Shown: one piece after another, positions 26,504 to 36,117 of the stretch | How the letters are laid out: each line of letters begins with the position of its first letter | Position numbering within the stretch: position 1 is the stretch's first letter | DNA from: an uncultured Gemmatimonadales bacterium | GTDB lineage: Bacteria; Gemmatimonadota; Gemmatimonadetes; Gemmatimonadales; GWC2-71-9 | Assembly: GCA_963844035.1 (NCBI GenBank) | Contig: CAWJMT010000031.1 | Span: forward strand, 32,001-96,000 | Length of the DNA: 64,000 bases | Direction of reading: 5' to 3' | Notes under the pieces: model-generated | Told to the model about the DNA's origin: nothing | Database searches by the model: none | The model's input: only the letters and a program-made list of their open reading frames with translations | Program-made: the position numbers and the translations under genes

Positions 26504-26906
26504 CGTAGTCCACGTAGTTGCGCTCCGTCTCCCACAGACGGATCCGCTTGAGGGTCGCCGGCTTCAGCGCGGGCGCCAGGACGCGCCACGATACGACGGC
26601 GATGTTCTCCGCCGTGGGATTCAGCTCGGCAAACCAAGGAACGTCCAGGTTGAGATTCTTGTGGTCCAGGTGCCGCAGCAGGCACTCGGTGGCGATCTGC
26701 TTGATGCGCTGCACGTCCATCACGTACCCCGTCTCGGGATCGATGTCGCCTTCCACCGAGATCTCGAGGTTGTAGTTGTGGCCGTGGTAGTTGGGGTTGG
26801 CGCACACGCCGAACGTCGCCTCGTTCTCCGCGTCGGAGAGGCGCCGGTCGTACAACCGGTGCGCCGCGTTGAAGTGCACGCAGCGGGTGACTACGCAACG
26901 AGGCAT
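26493..26906 (-). CDS. 6-pyruvoyl-tetrahydropterin synthase, PTPS-II type (CX5HGH)
   Basis: [39 protein letters not shown]. Start MPRCVV with GGAGG RBS. Confidence 0.88.
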   Translation of the reverse strand: MPRCVVTRCVHFNAAHRLYDRRLSDAENEATFGVCANPNYHGHNYNLEISVEGDIDPETGYVMDVQRIKQIATECLLRHLDHKNLNLDVPWFAELNPTAENIAVVSWRVLAPALKPATLKRIRLWETERNYVDYDGS

Positions 26907-26946
26907 CGCTTGTTGGGCCTCCGGGGCAGGACTATATTCGGCTCGC

Positions 26947-28135
26947 GTGAGACTAAAGGTACTCGCATCGATCACCGCAGCGGGAGGCTCCGCCCTCTCG
27001 GCCCTGTGGACCTTCCCGAGTCTGCTCGCGTCCGCGTTCCTGGTCGCATGGGGCGCGGAGGCGGCCCAGTTCATCATTTCGCAGGGCCTCGCGCTCGCGC
27101 TGCTCGCGTGGCTCCAGACGCTGCCGGAGTTCGCGGTCGAGGCGGTGATCGCCTGGGACGCCGGCGCCGATCCCGAAATCGCCCACCTCGCGATCGCGAA
27201 CCTCACCGGCGCGATCCGCCTGCTGCTCGGGCTCGGCTGGCCGATGATCTACTTCGTGTTCGCGGCCTTCAGCCGGACGCGCGGGACGGAGCGCCTGCCC
27301 GTCATCCAGCTGCACCCCGAGCACGCCGTGGAGATCGTCGGCCTGGTGCCGCCGCTGCTCTACTTCGGCGTGATCCTCGCCAAGAGCCGCTTCAGCTGGG
27401 TGGACGCGATCGTGCTCGTGGCGCTGTACGTCGCCTACCTGTGGGTGCTGTTCCGCAGCCCGCCGCACGAAAAGGAAAAGGTCGCCGAGGCCCCGATTGT
27501 GTCCCAATGGGCGTACAACCAGCCGGGATGGCGCCGCTACGCGGCGATCGGCGGGCTGTTCGTGGGCGGCGGCGTGCTGCTCATGATCACGGTGCATCCG
27601 TTTCTCGAGTCGATGCTCGCCGTGGCCACGACCCTGGGCGTCAGCCACTTCGTGTTCGTGCAGTGGGTGGCGCCGTTCCTGTCGGAGTTCCCGGAAAAGG
27701 TTTCCGCGTTCTACTGGGCCCGGCGCGTGACGCACGCCCCGATGGCGCTCATGAACATGGTGTCGAGCAACATCAATCAGTGGACCGTCCTGGCCGCGAT
27801 GATCCCGCTGGTGTACGGGTACTCGACGTGGCACCACCATGGCACATGGATGGACTTCCACTTCGACGACGCGCAACGAGCTCGAGATCCTGCTGACGCT
27901 GCTTCAGACGGGCGTCGGCGTGATGCTGCTCGCGAACATGAAGTTCGACTGGATGGACGCCACCATCATCTTCGTGTTGTGGCTCGCGCAGTTCCTGCGG
28001 CCGAGCCTGCGGGAAGAGATCGCCGTCGCATACGGGCTCTGGATGGCGATTCTGGCCGTGGGCTTCGTGGTGCGTGGACAGGCGCTGCTCGCTCCGAGGT
28101 ACTTCTGGGACGTGGTTCGCCGCCGCATGTCCTGA
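26947..28135 (+). CDS. CaCA (Na+/Ca2+ exchanger-like) membrane transporter (frameshift near 27875)
   Basis: About 11 TM segments; alpha-repeat-like QTLPE...ANLTGA and SEFPE...NMVSSNINQ. Confidence 0.75.
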
Positions 28136-28377
28136 AACGCGATCGGCCGGACCCGCGTAATGGAGCCCGGCCGACCGGTTACAAGGACGAAGAGGGATAT
28201 TGAAGCCCGAAAGGAATCATTGGCCCTCACCGTAGCGTCTGTCTTCCCCGCGAAGGGGCATGACATAGGTTACAGTATGCGGGACCTCGGTCGAGCTGTT
28301 GGCTCAATAGTGAAACTCTCCGCCCCGCCAAAGCATTACACGGTGGCGCGACGACGTCAAGGAGATCGGTCACATCC

Positions 28378-28539
28378 ATGAATCTCACGCTGCTGGCGGC
28401 GCTCGCTTGCCTCATCGCCTGGCTCGTCCTGGTGTTCGTCGCGCACATCGGCAGCGGTCCGGTGCAGCTGCTCTGGGCAGCCGCGGTACTGCTGTTCGCG
28501 CGACGCGTGCTCACCGGCGCTCCCCGGTTCCGCTCCTGA
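28378..28539 (+). CDS. Small two-TM membrane protein, 53 aa (lmo0937/DUF5670-like)
   Basis: Not in the ORF track. MNLTLLAALACLIAWLVLVFVAHIGSGPVQLLWAAAVLLFARRVLTGAPRFRS*; AAGGAGA RBS upstream. Confidence 0.7.
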   Translation: MNLTLLAALACLIAWLVLVFVAHIGSGPVQLLWAAAVLLFARRVLTGAPRFRS

Positions 28540-28553
28540 AAGGGATCTCCACG

Positions 28554-30614
28554 ATGATCCGGCGTTCCACGCTCGTCGCGGCGCTCGCGGTCCACGGCGC
28601 CGCGCTCACGCTCGCCGCCCAAGCCCCCGCCCCCGCCAGCGCGCAGCACGGCATCAACCGGGCGTACATGGATACGACCTGCCTGCCGTGCCGCGACTTT
28701 TTCGGCTACGCCAACGGCGCCTGGCTCAACTCGGCGACGATCCCGGCCTCGTACTCGAATACCGGCACCGCCCGCGAGCTGTACGACCGCAATCAAGCGA
28801 CGCTCCGCCGGGTGCTCGATCGTGCCGCGGCGGCAGCCGACACCACGCACGATCCGGCGCTACGCAAAGTCGGCGCGTTCTACGCGAGCTGCATGGATTC
28901 GGTGCGAGCCAACCGCGCGGGGGCGGCGCCGATCGCCAACGAGCTGCGTCTGATCGCCGCGATCAAGACCACCAGCGACCTCCAGCGCGAGATCGCCCGG
29001 CTCATGCAGGTGCAGGTGTACGCCCCGTTCTACTTCTCGGCGGAAGTCGACCCGAAGGAGAGCAGCCGCTACGTGGGACAGCTGTACCAGGACGGGCTCG
29101 GCCTGCCGGATCGGGAGTACTACTTCAAGACCGACCCCGCGTCGGACTCGTTGCGCCGGGACTACGTGGCGCACGTCGCCCGGACGCTGACCTTGCTCGG
29201 CACGCCGGCCGCAACGGCCGGGCAGGACGCCGCCCGGGTGCTGCGGCTCGAAACGGCGCTCGCCGAGTCCTCGATGACGCTCGTCGCGCAGCGCGACCCG
29301 ACCGCCGTGTACCACAGGATGACGGTGCGGGAGCTCCAGGCGCTGGCACCGGCGTTCGAGTGGCCGGCGTTCTTCGGGATGGTCGGCGTGCCGGCGTTGG
29401 GATCGCTCGACGCCACGCTCGACGTCTCGCAGCCCGCGTTCCTGCGACTGGTGAGCGATCGAGCCGCCTACGGGCCGCTCGAGGACTGGCGCGTGTACCT
29501 GCGCTGGCAGGTGGGGCAGACCATGGCGCCGGCACTCGGCGCCGCGTTTTTCGCGGAGCATTTCCGGTTTGAGTCACGGCTGCGCGGCACCAAGGAGCCG
29601 CTGCCGCGCTGGAAACGCTGTGCCGCCGCGACCGATAACGCGCTCGGGGAAGCGCTCGGCAAGGCGTACGTCGAAACCGAGTTCCCTCCCGCCGCCAAGG
29701 CGCGGGTGGTCGGCATCGTGGACAATCTGCAGGCCGCGTTCGCGGAGCGGTTGCGGCACCTGACCTGGATGAGCGACTCGACCAGGGCCCAGGCTCAGGA
29801 CAAGCTCAGCAAGGTGCTGCGCAAGATCGGGTACCCGGACACGTGGCGCGACTACTCCCTGCTGACGGTCAAGGACACGGCGGCGTTCGCATCCAACGTG
29901 ATCAACGCGCGCGGGTTCGAAGGGCGGCGCCAGCTCGCCAAGATCGGCACGCCGGTGAACCGCCTGGAATGGGCCTTTAGCCCGCCGACGGTGAACGCGT
30001 TCTACAATCCCAATACCAACGAGATCACCTTCCCCGCCGGGATCCTGCAGCCGCCGTTCTTCGATGCGGCGGCGGACGACGCGGTGAACTACGGCGGCAT
30101 CGGAGGGGTGATCGGCCACGAGCTGACCCACGGCTTCGACGACGAGGGGCGGCAGTTCGACGCCGCCGGCAATCTGCGGGACTGGTGGACGGCGGAGGAC
30201 GCAGCGCGCTTCTCCGACCGGGCGCGCCGGGTGGTCACGCAATTCAACGGCTACGTCGCGGTCGACACCCTGCATGTGAACGGCGAGCTGACGCTGGGTG
30301 AGAACATCGCGGACCTGGGCGGCCTCGCGATCGCGTTCGACGCGTTCCAGCGCTCCCTCGCAGGGAAGCCGGCTCCGCCGGCGATCGACGGCTTTACCGC
30401 CGAACAGCGGTTTTTCCTGGCGGCCGGCCAAGTGTGGCGCAGTCTCACGCGGCAGGAAACGGCGCGCCTGCGCGCCCTGACCGATCCCCATTCACCGCCC
30501 CGCTGGCGGGTGAACGGGCCGATGTCGAATATCCCGGCGTTCGCGAAGGCGTTCGGTTGCAAGCCGGGAGATCCGATGGTGCGACCGGACAGTGTGAGGG
30601 CGGAGATCTGGTAG
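28554..30614 (+). CDS. M13 (neprilysin/PepO-like) zinc metallopeptidase, secreted
   Basis: PCRDFFGYANGAW, VNAFY, PAGILQPPFF, GHELTHGFDD, GENIADLGG, DPHSP. Confidence 0.94.
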   Translation: MIRRSTLVAALAVHGAALTLAAQAPAPASAQHGINRAYMDTTCLPCRDFFGYANGAWLNSATIPASYSNTGTARELYDRNQATLRRVLDRAAAAADTTHDPALRKVGAFYASCMDSVRANRAGAAPIANELRLIAAIKTTSDLQREIARLMQVQVYAPFYFSAEVDPKESSRYVGQLYQDGLGLPDREYYFKTDPASDSLRRDYVAHVARTLTLLGTPAATAGQDAARVLRLETALAESSMTLVAQRDPTAVYHRMTVRELQALAPAFEWPAFFGMVGVPALGSLDATLDVSQPAFLRLVSDRAAYGPLEDWRVYLRWQVGQTMAPALGAAFFAEHFRFESRLRGTKEPLPRWKRCAAATDNALGEALGKAYVETEFPPAAKARVVGIVDNLQAAFAERLRHLTWMSDSTRAQAQDKLSKVLRKIGYPDTWRDYSLLTVKDTAAFASNVINARGFEGRRQLAKIGTPVNRLEWAFSPPTVNAFYNPNTNEITFPAGILQPPFFDAAADDAVNYGGIGGVIGHELTHGFDDEGRQFDAAGNLRDWWTAEDAARFSDRARRVVTQFNGYVAVDTLHVNGELTLGENIADLGGLAIAFDAFQRSLAGKPAPPAIDGFTAEQRFFLAAGQVWRSLTRQETARLRALTDPHSPPRWRVNGPMSNIPAFAKAFGCKPGDPMVRPDSVRAEIW

Positions 30615-30632
30615 CGGCTACCGCAAACGACG

Positions 30633-30666
30633 AGCGGGGCAACCGGGTGTTACCCGGTGCCCCGCT
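30633..30666. terminator. Hairpin between converging genes (probable terminator)
   Basis: AGCGGGGC-A-ACCGGGT-GTT-ACCCGGT-GCCCCGCT. Confidence 0.6.
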
Positions 30667-30690
30667 TGCAAACAACCGAAACCGTTTTCC

Positions 30691-31215
30691 TTAGAAGCCG
30701 AACGCCAGGCCGAGCGTGACGGGAAAGAACGTCATGTCGCTGCCGCCGTCGTTCATCACGCCGATGTAGCGCGCTTCGGCGAACAGATTCATCCCGCCGA
30801 GGCCGAAGGTCAAGCCACCGCCGGCGTTATAGCCCATCTCCGAGCTAGAGCCAGCGCCCACGTCCACGTTGTAGATGCCCACGCCACCGAGCACGTAGAA
30901 CTTGACCGGCACCGCCGGGGCGCCAATGCGATAGACCAGGTCGGCGGAGCCACCGCTCAGGGTGGTGCTGCCGCTCAGGATGGTCTCGTCATGCGTGGTC
31001 TGGGAATACATGCCGTCCACGCGCACACCGAGACCCGTCAGGGGGAGGCCGACTTCGACGGCGCCCAGCACGTGCCAGCCCGCGTTGTCCAAGGTGGAGT
31101 AGTCACCGGACGGCAGGATGCCGCCCGCACCGACACTGACCTTGACATGCTGCGCGCTCGCCGTCGAGGCGACGATAAAGCCAAGGGCCAAAACGCTCAA
31201 GAAAACCCGCTTCAT
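30691..31215 (-). CDS. Outer-membrane beta-barrel protein (OmpA-membrane-like)
   Basis: Signal peptide ASA, alternating beta strands, FAEARY, C-terminal Phe (LGLAFGF). Confidence 0.85.
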   Translation of the reverse strand: MKRVFLSVLALGFIVASTASAQHVKVSVGAGGILPSGDYSTLDNAGWHVLGAVEVGLPLTGLGVRVDGMYSQTTHDETILSGSTTLSGGSADLVYRIGAPAVPVKFYVLGGVGIYNVDVGAGSSSEMGYNAGGGLTFGLGGMNLFAEARYIGVMNDGGSDMTFFPVTLGLAFGF

Positions 31216-31366
31216 GTGATCCTCCCTAAGTCGTTGATCTCGTTAATGTGCCGTGAACGGGAGGGAGGATATCAGCACTGTCAAAATAACGACGTGATGC
31301 AGATCACACACGATACTTAATAGCTTGTATTACAGCGATTTACAATCTAGTGCGTAGCGACCAAAA

Positions 31367-31473
31367 CTACGACACCACAGCTATGGTGAGGATCGTGACG
31401 GGCACTCCGATAACGGCAGCCGCTGGACGGCGATGAGCAGGTAGGTGACGGCGAAGATGAGGAGGCCGAGCAT
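31367..31473 (-). pseudogene. Remnant of an ArsB/NhaD/CitMHS-type anion permease, with N- and C-terminal fragments juxtaposed
   Basis: MLGLLIFAVTYLLIAVQRLP is followed in another frame by IGVPVTILTIAV; these resemble the first and last helices of such permeases. Confidence 0.4.
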
Positions 31474-31485
31474 GAAGACGAAGGC

Positions 31486-31560
31486 GGTGTCGGGTGTCAG
31501 GTGTCAGGTGTCAGGGATTCGCCGCAGTGCCTGACACCTGGCACCTGACACCTGACACCT
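31486..31560. repeat. Inverted (GGTGTCA)n...(TGACACC)n heptamer element, copy 2
   Basis: ggtgtcgggtgtcaggtgtcaggtgtcag-N-ctgacacctggcacctgacacctgacacc. Confidence 0.9.
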
Positions 31561-31563
31561 CTT

Positions 31564-32532
31564 TCATATCTCCCAGTTCGAGAACAACACGCCCCCGGAC
31601 ACCTCCGGCTCCGGGTACCCCTCGTAGGTCATGCGCAGGTCGGTCCACCGCACCCGGTATCCGCGCTCGACGAGATGCCGAAACGCCTGCGTGTGGCGCG
31701 TCTCGCACCGCACCGCGACGCGGCGGATGCCGGCCCGCGCCGCCGCGGCTTCGGTCGCCGCCATCACGGCACGGAAGGCGCGCTCGTCGCGGGCGGCCAG
31801 CTTGAGGATGCGCACCTCTTCCTTGGGCCGGCCCTCGGCGAGGGGCGCCGCGTGCCACACCACGAGCCCGTCGAGCCCGGTGGAGCCTTCGAGCAGCGTG
31901 GTGTCGCCGAGCCCGAGCTGCGCGGTGAGCAGGATCTCCCGCGTGAAGTCGGGGCCGCGCGCGAGCTGCGCAACGAGGCGGCTCGCCGCCTCCGTGGCCG
32001 CTAGCCGGTCGGCAGGCTGGCGCTGCGACATGAGCGCCGGCGCGGTATGACCCCGCGTCCCGATGTCGAGCGTCATGGTGAGGGTGAGGTGGCCGGGAGT
32101 GAACCCCAGACGGGCGTAGAACCCGATGTTCTCGACCGTGCGCGGCATGGTCTCGAGTCCCAGCGTCGTCACACCTTGATCCATCAGCCAGTCCGCGGCG
32201 GCGCGCACGATCCGCTTGCCGATCCCGACGCCCTGCTGGTCGGGGCGCACCGCGAGCGGGCCCATCCACCCCTCGGCGCCCGAGCGGTGCGCGATGTTGA
32301 ACGCGGCGATCTGGCCGGCGTCGTCACGCCACACCATGGCCCCGTCCCCCGCATCCTGCAGCGCATAGCGCCAGATCTGGGGATTGAGGTACGGGACGCG
32401 CACGCCGACCAGCCCGTCGCGCCGGTAGCGGTCCGTGAACGCGTCCGCGAACACGCGGTTCAGGCCTTCGATATCGCGTTCCTGGGCGCGCTCCGGCCCG
32501 GAGACGTGCCGCTCAGGCAGCCACGCCCGCAT
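31564..32532 (-). CDS. GNAT N-acetyltransferase (two-domain)
   Basis: MGPLAVRPDQQGVGIGK acetyl-CoA motif A, NIGFYARLGF; start overlaps the reconstructed Rad50 C-terminus. Confidence 0.85.
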   Translation of the reverse strand: MRAWLPERHVSGPERAQERDIEGLNRVFADAFTDRYRRDGLVGVRVPYLNPQIWRYALQDAGDGAMVWRDDAGQIAAFNIAHRSGAEGWMGPLAVRPDQQGVGIGKRIVRAAADWLMDQGVTTLGLETMPRTVENIGFYARLGFTPGHLTLTMTLDIGTRGHTAPALMSQRQPADRLAATEAASRLVAQLARGPDFTREILLTAQLGLGDTTLLEGSTGLDGLVVWHAAPLAEGRPKEEVRILKLAARDERAFRAVMAATEAAAARAGIRRVAVRCETRHTQAFRHLVERGYRVRWTDLRMTYEGYPEPEVSGGVLFSNWEI

Positions 32533-34941
32533 CGGCAGCCCCCAGGGTAGCGGTATCGTCCCGGACCACGCTCGTGCCTCGGGCGGGGTCGAAGTCCACG
32601 CGGATCACGCGATCGAGTCCCTCCCGTACCTGCTCGATGTGCGTGATGAGAATGACCTGCGGAAAGCGGTCGGCCAGGCGCCGCAGCAGCCGACGACGTG
32701 CTGGCGGCGGCTCTCGTCGAGCGAGCCGAAGATCTCGTCCAGCACCAGCAGCGAGAGCGGCTGGCCGGCCCGCTCGGCGATCATCTGCGAGATCGCCAGG
32801 CGCAGCACCAGGCTGGCCAGGTCCTCCTCGCCGCCCGAGATCACCGGCTTGGGAACGCCGTCGTCGAGAATGGTGACGTCGTAGTCCTCGTTCAGCTCCA
32901 GCTCGTGGTAGCGGTCGTCGGTGAGATCGGCGAGAAAGCGCGACGCGATCTCGCTGATCTCGGGCCGCATCGCGGCGTTCAGGTCGGCGCGCAGGTCGGA
33001 GAGTCCGCGATCGAGCTCGTTGTGCAGCCGCTGCCGGGTCTTGAGGACGGCGATGTGGCGCTCCTGCGCGGCCCGCTCTTCCTCCCGGCGCCCGGCCTCG
33101 CGCACGTCGCTTTCCGCCCGCACCAGCTCGCCCCGCGCCTCCACCAGCGCCAGATCGGCCTCGCGCAGCGCGCCCAATGCCCGATCGTACGCGTCCTTGG
33201 CGAGGCGGTACTCCTTCTCGGAGTATCCCTCGGCCGCGAGCGCGTCCGCCAGCTGCTTCACGCGTCCCTCCGCCTCGGACAGGTCGCGCTCGGCCGCCTC
33301 CGCCTCGCTCACCAGGCTGCTGGCACGCGCCGCCCGCTCCTCCAACGACGCCGCTTCGAGCGCCACCGGCTCGAGCTTGAGGAGGCTGGCGCGCACCGCG
33401 TCGTGGTGGGCGACGTCGTACCCCGTGCGACGCGTCGCCTGCTGCCGCTCCACGGCGGCGGCGCGCTCGCGCGCCGTTTCCAGCTCGCGCCCGGCCCGCA
33501 CCCGCTCCTCGGCCCGCGCCCGCAGCTCGCCCGCGCGCTCACTCGCGCGCCGGCTCTCGTCGCGCAGGGCATCGCGCGCCGCCTCAGCCGCCACCACCGC
33601 GGGTGGCGCGCTCGCGAGCTGATCCAGGCGCTGACGGAAATACTTCCCGTCTTCCACGATCGCCTGCAGCTGGCGGTCGAGCACGCCGAGCACCGCGGCG
33701 TGCTCGTCGCCGAGCGGGCGGCGGCAGGTGGGACACTCACCCTGTGACCCGAGCTGTGCGATCTTGTCGCGCTGCTCCTTCACGTCGTCGTATTGCGTGA
33801 GCAGCTCGGTCCGCTTGGTCTGGGCGTACTCCTTCTCCCGAACCCACGCGGCGCGCTGCTCCTCCACGGCCCGCGCGGCGGCCTGCCGGCCCGCTTCCAG
33901 CTCGCGCGCCTCCTGCTCCGCCTGTGCCAGCGCCGCCTCCGCGTCGGCCAGCTCGCCGATGCGCTGTTCCAGGCGCTGCATGGTGCGCGCCAGCTCATCG
34001 AGCTGGGCCTGGTCCGCACGCCGCGCGGCATCGGCCTGTAACAGCAATTCGAGTTCGGCGAGCTCCGCCTTGAGGCGCGCGACGGGAGCCAGCTCCGCCT
34101 CGAGCTCTTTCAGCTGGTCGCGGGCGCGCATCGCATCGGCCATCTCTTTGTCGAGCCGTTGAAATTCGTGGCGGCGGGCCAACACCCCGTGTTCCGCCAT
34201 GCGGCGCTCGCCGTCCAGGGACAGCGTCCGCTCGCGCCGCGCCACCCAGGCGTTCCAGAGCGGCTCCTCGCGCGCGCACGATTGCTGGGCGGCGTCCCGG
34301 ACCGCGCCCGCCTGCTTGGCCGCGCGGCGCGTGGCCGCCAGGCGTTCTTCCGCGCCGCGGCGCTGCTGGGCGAGCGCCTGCGGGTCGGGCAGCGCGGTCT
34401 CGAGCCCCCGCAGCTCGGCGGTGAGCGCGTTGCGTACCTCGCGCACCCGCTCCTGCGCGATCCGCAGGCGTTCGTACCCGAGCACCTGCGAGAGGAATGC
34501 GGCACGCTCGGTCTTGCCGAGCGACGCCATCACCGCCAGCTCCTTCTGTCCGGTGAAGTACGTGTTGAAGAACTCCGCGTGCGTCATGCCCAGCGTGCGC
34601 TCGAGCTTCTCCGTTACCGCCTTGAGCGAGTTCGCGACGGGCTGGCCGTCCTGGTACAGGACGGCGTTCGAGAGCCCGCGCGTCACGCGGTACTCGTGCG
34701 CGCCGAGGCGGAACTCGAGCTCCACCTCCACGCTCGCGCGGCCTTTCGCTCCGAGCCGGCGCACCGAGTCTTTGTCGCCCCGCACGGCCTGGAGCCCGTA
34801 GATGGCCCAGGCGATCGCTTCCAGGATGGTCGTCTTGCCCGAGCCGTTGGGTCCGAAAATCCCGGTGATCCCCGGCCCGAACTCGATCTCGGTATCGGCG
34901 TGCTGCCGGAAGTTGGTCAGATGGAGGCGGCGCAGCTCCAT
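32513..34941 (-). CDS. sbcC: Rad50/SbcC SMC-like ATPase (frameshift near 32690)
   Basis: Walker A GPNGSGKT, long coiled coil, central CPTC zinc hook, ISGGE signature, LLVLDEIFGSLD, then FPQVILITH in the shifted frame. Confidence 0.92.
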
Positions 34942-36113
34942 CAGCTCGGCTCCTCCCGCCCCGCCTGCTCTACGTACTCGACCCCCAGCCGCACGAATTC
35001 CGCGCGATCGAGATCGGCGTCGAGGGGGCGACGCTCCAGGAAGTCGTGCACCGTCTCGGGGAGGGTCTGGCGCTGGCCGGAACCGCCCGTGGCCGCGACG
35101 CGATGCACCGCAGGGCGGCGGAGATCGAGATGGAAGTGCAGCGCGCGGGACTTGAACCCGCGGATGGCGGCGTGGTCCAGCTCGCGCGCCGTCGACCGCG
35201 AGACGTCGAACACGAGGAGCCGGACAACTTGATCGTCGATCGCGGGCTTCGCGGCGGCGACGGCGGCGGCGATGCGCTGGTCCAGCTCCTTGGGAGTGAG
35301 TCCCTTCCCCTGGATCGGGGGGAGGTCTACATGACGGCGCACCGGCGCAATCGGCCGGACGGTCACTCTGGCTCCCGGTAGCTCCACCAGCAGATAGCCT
35401 TTGCCGATGCGCCCCTTCTCTTCCTCATCCTGCAGCTGGCCCCAGGGGTTGGGCGGAAGGTACTCGAGGGTTCCCGAATACCAGGCGTTCGCTGCCACCT
35501 GCTGGACCTCGTGGTAATGACCGAGCGCCACATAGTCCCACTGCGCCGGAGCGAGATCCTGCAGATCGATCGGTGCGCCCCCGTATTCGGCTGTGCCGCG
35601 AGTCTCTCCAACCCCGGGGAGCTGCGCGTGAACGACGAGGACGTTGCGCGTCGTTCCCCGCTGGGGGCGCAGGGACGGACGCTCCGCCTGCATCAACGCC
35701 TGATGCGGCACTGCGAGCACCGCACAATCGAGCTTGGGGTAGGTCAGCCGTCGCGCCTGGTCCACGACGACTTCCACGCCGAGCGCTTCGTACAAGCGCA
35801 GGATCGTGCCTGTCTCGACCGAGCGCGGCGTGTCGTGGTTGCCCGCGATCATGACGACGGGCGCATCCGGCAAATCCGCGCGCAGGCGCTGCAGCTGTTG
35901 AAACAGAAACAGGATCGCGGAATTGGTGGGCCGGACGGAGTGAAAGATGTCGCCCGCCAGGACGATCAAGTCGGGACGCTGGGCGATGAGGTCGTCCACC
36001 GCGCGCCGGAATGCCTCCGCGATGTCGGCCTCGCGCTGGTTACTCCCCCGTGGCGTCTGCCGCTCGTACTGGCGGAACCCGAGGTGCAGATCGGCGAGGT
36101 GGGCGAGCTTCAC
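34941..36113 (-). CDS. sbcD: Mre11/SbcD metallophosphoesterase nuclease
   Basis: DLHLG, AGDIFH, GNHD, VHA, LGHYH, YSG motifs; stop/start coupled to Rad50. Confidence 0.92.
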   Translation of the reverse strand: MKLAHLADLHLGFRQYERQTPRGSNQREADIAEAFRRAVDDLIAQRPDLIVLAGDIFHSVRPTNSAILFLFQQLQRLRADLPDAPVVMIAGNHDTPRSVETGTILRLYEALGVEVVVDQARRLTYPKLDCAVLAVPHQALMQAERPSLRPQRGTTRNVLVVHAQLPGVGETRGTAEYGGAPIDLQDLAPAQWDYVALGHYHEVQQVAANAWYSGTLEYLPPNPWGQLQDEEEKGRIGKGYLLVELPGARVTVRPIAPVRRHVDLPPIQGKGLTPKELDQRIAAAVAAAKPAIDDQVVRLLVFDVSRSTARELDHAAIRGFKSRALHFHLDLRRPAVHRVAATGGSGQRQTLPETVHDFLERRPLDADLDRAEFVRLGVEYVEQAGREEPS

Positions 36114-36117
36114 CCGC

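Noticed and set aside
26493..26906. queD (queuosine) assignment
   Set aside because: The motif is CX5HGH, not CX3HGH, and no queC/queE/queF is adjacent.
28136..28377. ncRNA or riboswitch in the intergenic region
   Set aside because: Only one modest hairpin near 28143-28175 and no recognisable family motif; an Rfam/Infernal scan would be needed.
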